Part shown: positions 55,543-64,000 of the stretch, piece after piece | Layout: every line of letters begins with the position of its first letter | Numbering within the stretch: position 1 is the first letter of the stretch | DNA from: Nitrospirota bacterium | Lineage (GTDB): Bacteria > Nitrospirota > UBA9217 | NCBI GenBank assembly: GCA_963796285.1 | Contig: CAWCKW010000012.1 | Span: forward strand, 1,024,001-1,088,000 | Length of the DNA stretch: 64,000 nucleotides | Reading direction: 5' to 3' | Notes under the pieces: generated by a model | The model's database searches: none | Seen by the model: the letters and a program-made list of their open reading frames with translations, nothing else | Told to the model about the DNA's origin: nothing | Translations under genes and position numbers: made by a program

Positions 55543-58116
55543 TCAACCTACAGATATCAATCCCAGCCTGCCCTGCCACTTTCGCTTCAAGAGCTCACGG
55601 AGCTGCGGATAGGGTGCGAGCGTGGGGTCCTGGCGGACCAGGTCGAAGGCCTCCATCCTGGCCGTTTCGAGCAGGTCGGCGTCGCGGATGATATTTGCCG
55701 CGCGCAGGTCCGGCAGGCCCGACTGACGCGTGCCGAAGAACTCGCCCGGGCCGCGGATCCTGAGGTCTTCTTCCGCGATCAGGAAGCCGTCGTTCGTTCG
55801 GGTGAAGGCATTCAGCCGCTCTCGCGCTTCTTCCGCGAACATCCTCGGCCCCATGAGAATGCACGTGGATTGGCTGCTGCCCCTGCCGACCCTTCCCCGA
55901 AGCTGATGGAGCTGCGCCAGTCCGAACCGCTCGGGGTGTTCGATCACCATCACCGCGGCATTCGGCACGTCCACGCCGACCTCGATCACCGTGGTCGATA
56001 CCAGGAGGTGAATTTCGCCGGCCTTAAAGGCGGTCATGACCGCTTCTTTCTCTTCGCCTTTCATTCTGCCGTGCAAAAGCCCGACCTTCCAGCGGGGGAA
56101 GATATCGGCCTGGAGATGCGCGGCCATCTCGGTCGCGGCCTTCAGATCGCTCTTCTCGGTCTCCTCAACAAGCGGATAGACCACGTACGCCTGCCGCCCT
56201 TTCTTGAGCTCGTTTTCGATGAACTGGTACGCTTCACGGCGCCTGTTTTCAAAATAGAGCCGCGTGATGATCGCGATCCTGCCTGGCGGCATCTCGTCGA
56301 TCACGGACACATCAAGATCGCCGTAGACGGTGAGCGCGAGCGTGCGCGGGATAGGCGTTGCGGTCATGACCAGCACATCGGGCTCGTATCCCTTGGACGT
56401 GAGCGTGGAGCGCTGCATCACGCCGAAGCGGTGCTGTTCGTCGATGATCGCGAGCCCCAGGCGATGGAACTTCACGTTCTGCTCGATCAGCGCGTGGGTG
56501 CCGACCACGATCTGCGCCGCGCCTGACCCGATCTCAGCAAGCAGCGCTTCCTTCTCCTTCTTCTTCATCCGGCCCGTGAGCGATCGCACGGTGATCCCGA
56601 GCAGTAATGCCATGGCCGCGATGTTCTTGAAGTGCTGCTCGGCAAGGATCTCCGTCGGCGCCATGATGCAGGACTGGTAGCCGTTCTCTACGGCCATAAG
56701 CGAGGCAATGAGCGCGACCACGGTCTTGCCGCAGCCCACATCGCCCTGCACCAGCCGGTTCATGGGCCGGTCGGCAATCATGTCTTTTTTTATCTCAGCG
56801 ATCACGCGCTCCTGTGCAGCCGTCAATTTGAAGGGAAGATTTTTTCTCATGACGTTCTCAAGCGTATTGACCTGCGTGAACGAGATGCCCTTCTTTTCAA
56901 CGATCACTCCCCGTTTCCTGAGCGCGAGCCCGAGCTCGAGCGAGAACAGCTCTTCAAAACTAAGCCTTCGATGAGCGGCGCTCATGCCCCGGTTCAGGAT
57001 GGCAATGTCTTTTTCTTTCGTGGGAAAGTGGACCTCGGACACTGCCTCGGACGCCGGGACAAAGGAGTATTTTTTAATGAGGAAATCAGGCAACGGTTCA
57101 TGCAGGGACCCTGCGCAGGAATCGAGGATGTTCTTCATCATCGTGCGAATAGCGCGGACCGACAGACCTGAGGTCGCGCGGTAGATCGGGACGGTCCTGC
57201 CTGCATGGATCATTTCATCGGCCTCGTCCTCGCCCATGATCTCAAAGTCCGGGTTGTCGATCTGCGGCAGGCCGCTGCGGTAGGGATTGGACTTCACGAT
57301 GCCCGAGAGGATGACCTTCTGGCCCTGCCTGAACATCTTTTTCATGAAGGGCTGGTTGTACCACGAACCCACGAGCATCCCGCTCCTGTCCGTGATCACG
57401 AGCTCGAAGACCTTCACCCGCTGCCGCTTGGTCTGTACCACGTCGGCGGAGACCACCTCTCCCGACACGGTCTCGTACGATCCGTAGGTGAGCCTGCCGA
57501 TCTTCTTGAGATTTCCCCGGTCCTCGTAACGCCAGGGAAGATACGAGAGCGCGTCATCAACTGTCGAGATGCCGAGCTTCTGGAGCAGTTCAGCCCGCTT
57601 GGGACCGATGCCCTTGCAGTATTGGATCGGGGCATCGAGCCGGAGAAGGACCGCGCCGGCCTCCCCGTGTTCCCCTGCCCTTCCCCGCTCACTACGTGCG
57701 GGGAAAAGCATTGAAGAGGAACCGCTCTGCACCTTCTCCCCTTGAGGGAGAGGGCCGGTCAGCCCCGTTTGAGGCGGAGCCTCTTTCAAGGGGTGAGGGG
57801 CAATGTCAACCGAGGTCTTGCGTCCCTCGGGCTTCTTTGCACTTTGCCCAAATGAGTCAATCACCGCCACTGCCTTGATGATCCGGTCTTTTTTCTTTTC
57901 CAGGGCAAGCGCATCAAATCCGGCAAAGAGAGCCTCTATCTCCGCTATCTCATGATGGTCTATCACGAGGCGTTTCAGGTCTTCCACCTGGGACTGAATG
58001 AACGCTTCCATGGCGGCCAGGCTTTTGATATGGGCAAAATCGTCCCGCGCTGCGAACGAGAGCGGTTTTCTGATCCGGTCGAGAATGGTCTTGAGGTCGT
58101 CCATGAGGATGGTCAA
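55543..58116 (-). CDS. recG: ATP-dependent DNA helicase RecG with N-terminal extension
   Basis: QGDVGCGKT, DEQH, MTATPIPRT, QLRGRVGRG, EDLRIRGPGE. Confidence 0.97.
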   Translation of the reverse strand: MTILMDDLKTILDRIRKPLSFAARDDFAHIKSLAAMEAFIQSQVEDLKRLVIDHHEIAEIEALFAGFDALALEKKKDRIIKAVAVIDSFGQSAKKPEGRKTSVDIAPHPLKEAPPQTGLTGPLPQGEKVQSGSSSMLFPARSERGRAGEHGEAGAVLLRLDAPIQYCKGIGPKRAELLQKLGISTVDDALSYLPWRYEDRGNLKKIGRLTYGSYETVSGEVVSADVVQTKRQRVKVFELVITDRSGMLVGSWYNQPFMKKMFRQGQKVILSGIVKSNPYRSGLPQIDNPDFEIMGEDEADEMIHAGRTVPIYRATSGLSVRAIRTMMKNILDSCAGSLHEPLPDFLIKKYSFVPASEAVSEVHFPTKEKDIAILNRGMSAAHRRLSFEELFSLELGLALRKRGVIVEKKGISFTQVNTLENVMRKNLPFKLTAAQERVIAEIKKDMIADRPMNRLVQGDVGCGKTVVALIASLMAVENGYQSCIMAPTEILAEQHFKNIAAMALLLGITVRSLTGRMKKKEKEALLAEIGSGAAQIVVGTHALIEQNVKFHRLGLAIIDEQHRFGVMQRSTLTSKGYEPDVLVMTATPIPRTLALTVYGDLDVSVIDEMPPGRIAIITRLYFENRRREAYQFIENELKKGRQAYVVYPLVEETEKSDLKAATEMAAHLQADIFPRWKVGLLHGRMKGEEKEAVMTAFKAGEIHLLVSTTVIEVGVDVPNAAVMVIEHPERFGLAQLHQLRGRVGRGSSQSTCILMGPRMFAEEARERLNAFTRTNDGFLIAEEDLRIRGPGEFFGTRQSGLPDLRAANIIRDADLLETARMEAFDLVRQDPTLAPYPQLRELLKRKWQGRLGLISVG

Positions 58117-58341
58117 TATTAGAATATTTTGAAGGTTTTGTCGAGGGAAAGAAACTTCGTGTTGACATGTGTCTTATCGCATCGTCGATGTTCATGTACT
58201 GCATCAGGCCGAACAGTTTGGCGGTGATCACTTCTTCAAACCGGGAATTGCCTGCTGATGGAAATTACCGTGGACTTGCATCTACTTACCATATATAATG
58301 CTGTGCATCATTTAAATCGCCCAACCGGGGGGTATCTTCTC

Positions 58342-59211
58342 ATGTTATTCAATTTTAGAACAAGCGGCATTGTCATGCTGCTCGTCGTTACACTGATTTC
58401 CTCTGCCATAGCTTCGGATAATTTATCAACAGCTGAGTCAACTACCTTGATCCAGACATCGTCTCAAAAAAATGAACCGGTTGTGTTAAACAAGGAGTAT
58501 GTAACGGGGTACTGGACAGATACAAAAAATATTCTGACATCGCCGGCTCGATGGGATTCCTCTGATTGGCTTGAAGCGTCCCTCGTCCTGGGTACTGCCG
58601 TCGGTCTGTATACGCAAGACGATAACATTAAGAACTGGGTCCAAAAGAAGAAAAATACTACAACAGCCAATTTGGCGGACGATACCAAGAAAATTTACTT
58701 GATATCCCTACCTGCAGCAGTGGGCCTCGGTGTATATGGATACGCGGCTTCTGATGATAAAGCCAAAACCACCTTCTTGCTCTCCACGGAGAGCTTCGTC
58801 ATTACCGGCGCATTTATACAGGTTTTGAAGCATGCTACGGGAAGACATCGCCCCTATACGGGTGATTCGCACGACACGTGGTCGGGCCCGGTTTTATCCT
58901 CGAAAGGCAGCGAACTCTCATTCCCTTCAGGTGACGCTTCCACTGCCTTTTCAATAGCAACGGTTGTTGCCACCGAATACGACAACTGGATCGTTCCACC
59001 ACTCGTCTATGGCATCTCAACGCTCGTCGCCCTTGGTCGGGTACATAACAATGCCCACTGGTCTTCAGATGTGTTTGTTGCGTCGGCTATTGGTTATTTT
59101 ACCGGTAAAGCTGTTGTCGCATCCCATTCCGGCGGCAATGTCAATAAACTGAGCATTGCCCCCATGCTGGATGGTAACGACATGGGTGTTCTGATAACGT
59201 ATCGGTATTAG
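58342..59211 (+). CDS. PAP2-family phosphatase-like protein
   Basis: Signal peptide; K-x3-GRHRP, SFPSGDA, RVHNNAHWSSDV. Confidence 0.85.
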   Translation: MLFNFRTSGIVMLLVVTLISSAIASDNLSTAESTTLIQTSSQKNEPVVLNKEYVTGYWTDTKNILTSPARWDSSDWLEASLVLGTAVGLYTQDDNIKNWVQKKKNTTTANLADDTKKIYLISLPAAVGLGVYGYAASDDKAKTTFLLSTESFVITGAFIQVLKHATGRHRPYTGDSHDTWSGPVLSSKGSELSFPSGDASTAFSIATVVATEYDNWIVPPLVYGISTLVALGRVHNNAHWSSDVFVASAIGYFTGKAVVASHSGGNVNKLSIAPMLDGNDMGVLITYRY

Positions 59212-59228
59212 ACAGGCGGGAAAAACGG

Positions 59229-59510
59229 TCAGCTGGATTGCCCAGCCGCATAATCTTCATTCTGAAAATAGACCGTATAATGAGTGGGGCAGGTGCAAAT
59301 ATGCCCGTGACTGCTGCCGTAAGATACTTTGTAGGGACAGGAAACTCCCTCTTTATCCTTCCCGTTCTCGATATACAGCATATTTTTATCAAATCGTTTA
59401 TCGACTTTGCATTGCATCAGATTTCCGCATTTCCCCGTTGTAAGGCAGGAAAAATCATGGGTACATTTGGTGGTCGCTCTTAAGACTTCCTCAGGTACGG
59501 AATATTTCAT
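59229..59510 (-). CDS. Small Cys-rich hypothetical protein
   Basis: AAGGAG RBS; 7 Cys (CTHDFSC, CG, C, CPY, CTCP). Confidence 0.6.
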   Translation of the reverse strand: MKYSVPEEVLRATTKCTHDFSCLTTGKCGNLMQCKVDKRFDKNMLYIENGKDKEGVSCPYKVSYGSSHGHICTCPTHYTVYFQNEDYAAGQSS

Positions 59511-59781
59511 AGATAGGACAGGTCTCCTTTATCCTCACACGCCGTGTACGTCGCTCCGGATTAATTCCCAGCAGGTTGCAGGATACACTATTTGGGTCCT
59601 GAAATCAATACTGCGCTGCTTCAAGGCGGGATACGATCTCCGTGAACTCCGATGCCTTTAGTTTTGCGGTTGCGACACTGTTGGATAATTTCAGACAATT
59701 GAACCTGTCGAGACTTACAGCGTACTATAGGTTCAGAACAACGTATAGTTCAGCGGGTAGGATAACCGCGATCCAAATCGA

Positions 59782-60177
59782 TCACGACTTTTCAATGGAG
59801 GAGTCACGGGAGAGGGACGGACTTTCTTCCGGCCGCTGCCAGGGCCAGCGCCCTTCGACTTCGAGTTGCAGTGCCATGCTGAGGAACGTTCTGATCAGGA
59901 CGATCAGCCCGAGGATCACGATGTTCTCCAGCGTAGGCGCCACAACGACCGTCCTGATAATGTCGCCCGCGATGAGGAATTCCAGGCCGAGCAGGATGGC
60001 CCGTCCCAGATCTTGCCGGTAGAGTCTGTAGGATTTGCTGGTTTCCGCATGTCGATTAATGATAAAACGACCCGTGGCAAGGATCGCGCCGGCGACGATC
60101 ACAAGGACCCCTACGGCGTCAACCGCCCTGCCGATACCGTCCATTATTTCACGGTAGTATGCCATCACATTCCCCAT
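59782..60177 (-). CDS. DUF1622 membrane protein
   Basis: LGRAILLGLEFLIAGDIIRTV, IRTFLS, EGRWPW. Confidence 0.9.
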   Translation of the reverse strand: MGNVMAYYREIMDGIGRAVDAVGVLVIVAGAILATGRFIINRHAETSKSYRLYRQDLGRAILLGLEFLIAGDIIRTVVVAPTLENIVILGLIVLIRTFLSMALQLEVEGRWPWQRPEESPSLSRDSSIEKS

Positions 60178-60324
60178 TGTTCTTCGCTTTCACCTTCTGA
60201 TGCTTTTGTTTCGTGCATTCCAATCCAGTTCGATGACTGCCCTCACCAAGCAGAACGCGAAGGGGAGGATATCCAGATGCTGCATTGTTTGCTCTGTGAG
60301 ATGCGCAATGTTCTCTTCGCGGGT

Positions 60325-61170
60325 CTATTGTGCCTTGACAACCAGGACTGCACAACTTGCATGGCCGATGACCTTTTCTGTTGAGCTTCCCATGAGAAAT
60401 TTTTTCAGGCCCGTCTTCCCATACGACCCCATGACGATCAGATCCACGCCCCTGCCGCCCGCGATCTCAACGATCACATCGTGAGACCTGCCGATGGGGG
60501 TCAATGCCTCCGCGGTTATGCCTTCCTTCTGCGCCATTTCAACGACCTGCCGGACATGTGCTTTTGCTTCTTCTGATCCTTCCTCCGAGTGCATTGCAGA
60601 AATCGCAATAATATTACTTCCGCAGCGTTTTGCGATCCCGATCGCCTCGGAGGCAGCAGCGATGCTGTGCGTTGAACCGTCCGTGGCCACCAATATATTT
60701 CTGCAATCTATCCGTGCGGCCCTTGGAACAATGAGGACCTTACAGGGTGCCTGACCGATGAGATTTGCAGCAGTCTTTCCCATGAGGACCTTCATTAATC
60801 CGCTGCGACCGCGTCTGCCGATGATTATCATGTCTACTTTTTTCTCAGCGGCCTCGTTGATGATCAATCGGGATGGATTCTCACCGAAATGGAGAGCAAT
60901 ATTACAGTAATATATTCCTTCTTGAGACGCCCTTGATTTAACCGATTCAAGATATTTTGTTGCTTCCTCCTCTTCTTTTTGATAAGCACTGGCGCCGATG
61001 GTCTCATATTCAGGGTTTGTCTCCAGAACCGACATTACGGTGAGCCTGCTTGAACACTTTTTTGCAAACGTTATTGCCTCCCTTATGGCCCCTTCACTAA
61101 ATGCGGAACGATCTGTTGCTAAAAGCAGCTTATCAAGTTTCGATAGTGGACACGATTGTGCAGAGTTCAT
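60325..61170 (-). CDS. Tandem universal stress protein
   Basis: Two USP domains: LLATDRS...IIGRRG and LVATDGS...MGSYG..GSSTEKV. Confidence 0.93.
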   Translation of the reverse strand: MNSAQSCPLSKLDKLLLATDRSAFSEGAIREAITFAKKCSSRLTVMSVLETNPEYETIGASAYQKEEEEATKYLESVKSRASQEGIYYCNIALHFGENPSRLIINEAAEKKVDMIIIGRRGRSGLMKVLMGKTAANLIGQAPCKVLIVPRAARIDCRNILVATDGSTHSIAAASEAIGIAKRCGSNIIAISAMHSEEGSEEAKAHVRQVVEMAQKEGITAEALTPIGRSHDVIVEIAGGRGVDLIVMGSYGKTGLKKFLMGSSTEKVIGHASCAVLVVKAQ

Positions 61171-61542
61171 GATAGCATCTCCTTAAAAAGCATTACGTTA
61201 TTGACCTGAACAGATCAGGCATTGAGCCACCACTTCCCGGTCACCGATGTTCCGATGCGATTGATTTTATTATAGCAGATTCTATCTTGATGGGCGCGGA
61301 AGCTATTTTTTGTTGCTCACCAGTATGACGCAAATGCAATACATTTTTCACATCATTCCCATAAATGCTATTCCTGCGAGGGTATTGTTCCTGTGTTGAA
61401 AGAGAGAAGCCATAAAAAGGCAACTGTCAGTCCGGAAGACCAGACCTCAAAGATTCCATCATGCCTAATAAACCATCGACAAAATCGTGATAAAATAAAA
61501 TCAGGATATAATTTGTTCGAGAAAATGCACAGGAGGCAAACC

Positions 61543-62328
61543 ATGAACGCTGTTCAGCATGAGCTGAAGCAAGCCAACCTGCCGCACAGGCCGCTCGTCG
61601 ATCACCTCGCGCCGGCCGGTCTTGCTCTGGCGATAAGTGCAGGCCTTTCTGCAGTCATCTCGGGCCTGGGCACCCGGTGGGGTTGGTGGTACTTCACGAC
61701 CGGGTTCATGATACTTCGGTGGTCCGCCGTGGCCGGACTCGTGGCGGCCTTTGTCTGTTTGACCGGTGGCATTCTGTCAGGATGGGAAATTCGTCGAGCA
61801 AGAGTAGCCATTGTCCTGATCGGACTTCTGGTGGGAGCCGTTGTTGCCGGCATACCCTGGTCGTGGATGCGGACCGCCAAGCAGTTGCCCCGGATCCATG
61901 ACATCACAACGGACATGGAGAATCCGCCGCGTTTTGTCTCGATCATACCGCTCCGGAAGGATGCGCCGAATCCGTCCGAATACGGCGGCCCCGGGATCGC
62001 GTTACAGCAGCGCGCCGGTTACCCGGATATCCAGCCGCTAGTTCTTCCGATCCCGGTCGAATCGGCATTCGAGCGGGCACTCCAGGCAGCGCATGACATG
62101 GGCTGGAACATCGTCGATGCCAGCGCGAATAACGGCCGGATCGAGGCGATGGACAGGACGTTCTGGTTTGGGTTCACGGACGACATTGTCGTGCGGATCA
62201 CACCCCTGCCGGGACTCAGCAAGATCGATGTTCGCTCTGTTTCACGTGTGGGTTTGAGCGATGTCGGGACCAACGCAAAAAGGGTCCGGGCGTTCCTGAG
62301 AAGAATATCAAGGGCCGGCGCGACTTAG
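61543..62328 (+). CDS. DUF1499 membrane protein
   Basis: AGGAGG RBS; IHDITTD, FGFTDDIVVR, SRVGLSDVGTNAKR. Confidence 0.88.
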   Translation: MNAVQHELKQANLPHRPLVDHLAPAGLALAISAGLSAVISGLGTRWGWWYFTTGFMILRWSAVAGLVAAFVCLTGGILSGWEIRRARVAIVLIGLLVGAVVAGIPWSWMRTAKQLPRIHDITTDMENPPRFVSIIPLRKDAPNPSEYGGPGIALQQRAGYPDIQPLVLPIPVESAFERALQAAHDMGWNIVDASANNGRIEAMDRTFWFGFTDDIVVRITPLPGLSKIDVRSVSRVGLSDVGTNAKRVRAFLRRISRAGAT

Positions 62329-62392
62329 GGACCCGCCTGATATGTTGGGCCCCAAAACAGGTTTCAGATGCAAGCCTATGCGGGCTATCGAC

Positions 62393-62824
62393 ATGATGCA
62401 ATTAAGACCAACAAAGACAAATGCGATCCGAACAGCGTTGATTGCTCCCTGTGGAATGAACTGTCGCCTCTGTTTCGCATATACAAGAGATAAGAAGGCA
62501 TGCCCTGGTTGTCGAGGCGACGACAGCGTCAAGCCAAAAACCCGTGTTAAATGCCTGATCAAGACCTGTGAGAAGATAGGTCAAGGTAACGTCAAGTACT
62601 GCTTCAGCTGTAACGGGTTTCCTTGCGACAGGCTGAAACACTTAAATGAGCGCTATAGGATCAAGTATGGCATGAGCATGATCGACAATCTCGCGCACAT
62701 AAAGAAGTTCGGCATAAGACATTTCATTAAAAGCGAAAAGGAAAGGTGGACCTGTCCCGGGTGTGGCCAGCTCTTATGTGTTCATAAACAGCAATGCCTT
62801 TCTTGCGGACATAAGTGGCGTTAG
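62393..62824 (+). CDS. DUF3795 Cys-rich protein
   Basis: IAPCGMNCRLC, CPGC, CFSC..FPC, CPGCG. Confidence 0.85.
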   Translation: MMQLRPTKTNAIRTALIAPCGMNCRLCFAYTRDKKACPGCRGDDSVKPKTRVKCLIKTCEKIGQGNVKYCFSCNGFPCDRLKHLNERYRIKYGMSMIDNLAHIKKFGIRHFIKSEKERWTCPGCGQLLCVHKQQCLSCGHKWR

Positions 62825-63174
62825 AAATGCTCCAATGGACTAAATGAGGAAAGGAGAACAAAAAAGATTGTGGGATAGGGACAATGACAGACATTGCCCT
62901 ATACCCAGGATACATGAGGAGTTAAACAAAAGCTCGATTTGAAAGAGAGACGAGGGTTTAATGTAATTCAGACCTGTCGTTATCTTATTTTAGAGGGCAT
63001 ATTATGGCTGGAATTTTACTGAATAATAGCTAAAGTTCAGCCATGAGCATATCAAAGAGAATGCCAAATTAAAAGAATGATCAAGGAAGTTTCATGAAAT
63101 AAGTGCAACATGATATCCGGGGTATGAGGGGTCTTTTTATCTCAGCGGGTACAACAACATCCCTGCCTGCATGC

Positions 63175-64000
63175 TCAAAATGGCAGTTTCAGCCCCATGC
63201 GTATCAGAAGGCTGCTGCCGGGTATGTTACGCGCTATGCCTGTGATCAATGGCCGGGAGAGATACGACATTACGTGCTTCCGCTCCACTGCTTTCTTCAG
63301 CCCTACCACCCAAGCCCCGGTCCTGAACGAGTCCTTCAAGGCATAGATGCCCATATTCTTTCCGATCGAGATCAACTGTGGCCTGGTACGGACCTCATAG
63401 CGGACCAGGTTTCCGCTGCGCCGCAGGAATGAGCATATGTTGAGGGAGGCAACCTTGGCCTGGTCCTGAGCAAGGTAAGCGAGTTTTGGCAGCGGTAACG
63501 CATTTTCAGGCCCCGTAATGGATGCCGCATCGCCAACAACAAAGATGCGCTCGTCTGCCGGAGATCTGAGAAAAGCATCGACGATGATCCAGCCGGCAGG
63601 GTCTTTCGGGAGGGCCAGGCCGTTGATCAGTCCAGATGGCTTGATGCCGCCGGACCAGATCAGCATGGACTGCGGTAGTACCCTGCCCGAAGAAAGGACG
63701 AGCGAGTCTTCGCGCACAGCCGTGATGCGTTCGGCCGTGATGATCGAAACACCCTTCTCTTGCAGATATTTTTCCGCAAAGCCGCCGATAGCGGATGGGA
63801 ACCCGGGCAGGAGCTGCTGTTGCCCCTCGATCACGGTGATCGAGGCGTTGTTATCATTGGTAAGGTCCAGCAGTTCGCCTGCGACCTCCACCCCTTCCGT
63901 ACCGCCGCCCGCTATGACCAGGTGCACGTCCTTCCGCGCCTCCGCCAGCAGGCGCTCAAGGCCCTCCCGGATCCTGAGCGCGTCCCCGGGTGTGCGGAAA
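63175..64000 (-). CDS. NAD(P)/FAD-dependent oxidoreductase (NDH-2-like); 5' end lies outside the window
   Basis: VIAGGGTEGVEVAGEL, IFVVGDAA, LAYLAQDQA. Confidence 0.85.
   Translation of the reverse strand, partial: FRTPGDALRIREGLERLLAEARKDVHLVIAGGGTEGVEVAGELLDLTNDNNASITVIEGQQQLLPGFPSAIGGFAEKYLQEKGVSIITAERITAVREDSLVLSSGRVLPQSMLIWSGGIKPSGLINGLALPKDPAGWIIVDAFLRSPADERIFVVGDAASITGPENALPLPKLAYLAQDQAKVASLNICSFLRRSGNLVRYEVRTRPQLISIGKNMGIYALKDSFRTGAWVVGLKKAVERKHVMSYLSRPLITGIARNIPGSSLLIRMGLKLPF

Noticed and set aside
58150-58250. Possible gene fragment (FEEVITAKLFGLMQYMNIDDAIRHMS) upstream of recG
   Set aside because: Too short and no family recognised.
63004-63044. ATGGCTG...CAGCCAT inverted repeat in an AT-rich intergenic region
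   Set aside because: A single short hairpin between convergent genes, compatible with a terminator or chance.

Overview
A 64 kb window of bacterial chromosome. Gene content and style suggest an anaerobic Nitrospirota (Thermodesulfovibrionia-like) or deltaproteobacteria-like organism; this is an inference. Many conserved genes are broken by isolated small indels (smc, nfo, hypA/E/F, hydrogenase subunits, ahcY, btuD), which looks like long-read assembly error rather than decay. Contents in order: a sensor kinase with a CxxCH-bearing Cache domain plus a sigma-54 regulator; a Tat-exported group 1 [NiFe]-hydrogenase operon (small, large, cytochrome b, protease) with hypCABFDE; metK-ahcY with an SAH riboswitch; a corrinoid uptake/salvage cluster (btuFCD, Dph6-like ATPase, cbiP, btuB, tonB, cbiB) with two cobalamin riboswitches; cohesin-like proteins; a transglutaminase/ABC locus; smc, nfo, ligA, pilD with a two-component system, recG; and small accessory genes. 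Most notable: (1) ahcY appears to be a betaproteobacterial xenolog imported with its SAH riboswitch and a 30-bp scar of the donor metK 3' end; (2) 7-mer and 9-mer tandem/inverted repeats fill the intergenic spaces, and 7-mer and palindromic repeats also sit in frame inside hypF, cbiB, cbiP, btuF and recG; (3) unusual Fe-S ligands in the hydrogenase small subunit and an in-frame hypC-hypA junction; (4) a Dph6-like enzyme inside a B12-riboswitch operon; (5) an NrdR-like box upstream of smc. No rRNA, tRNA, CRISPR array or transposase was seen.
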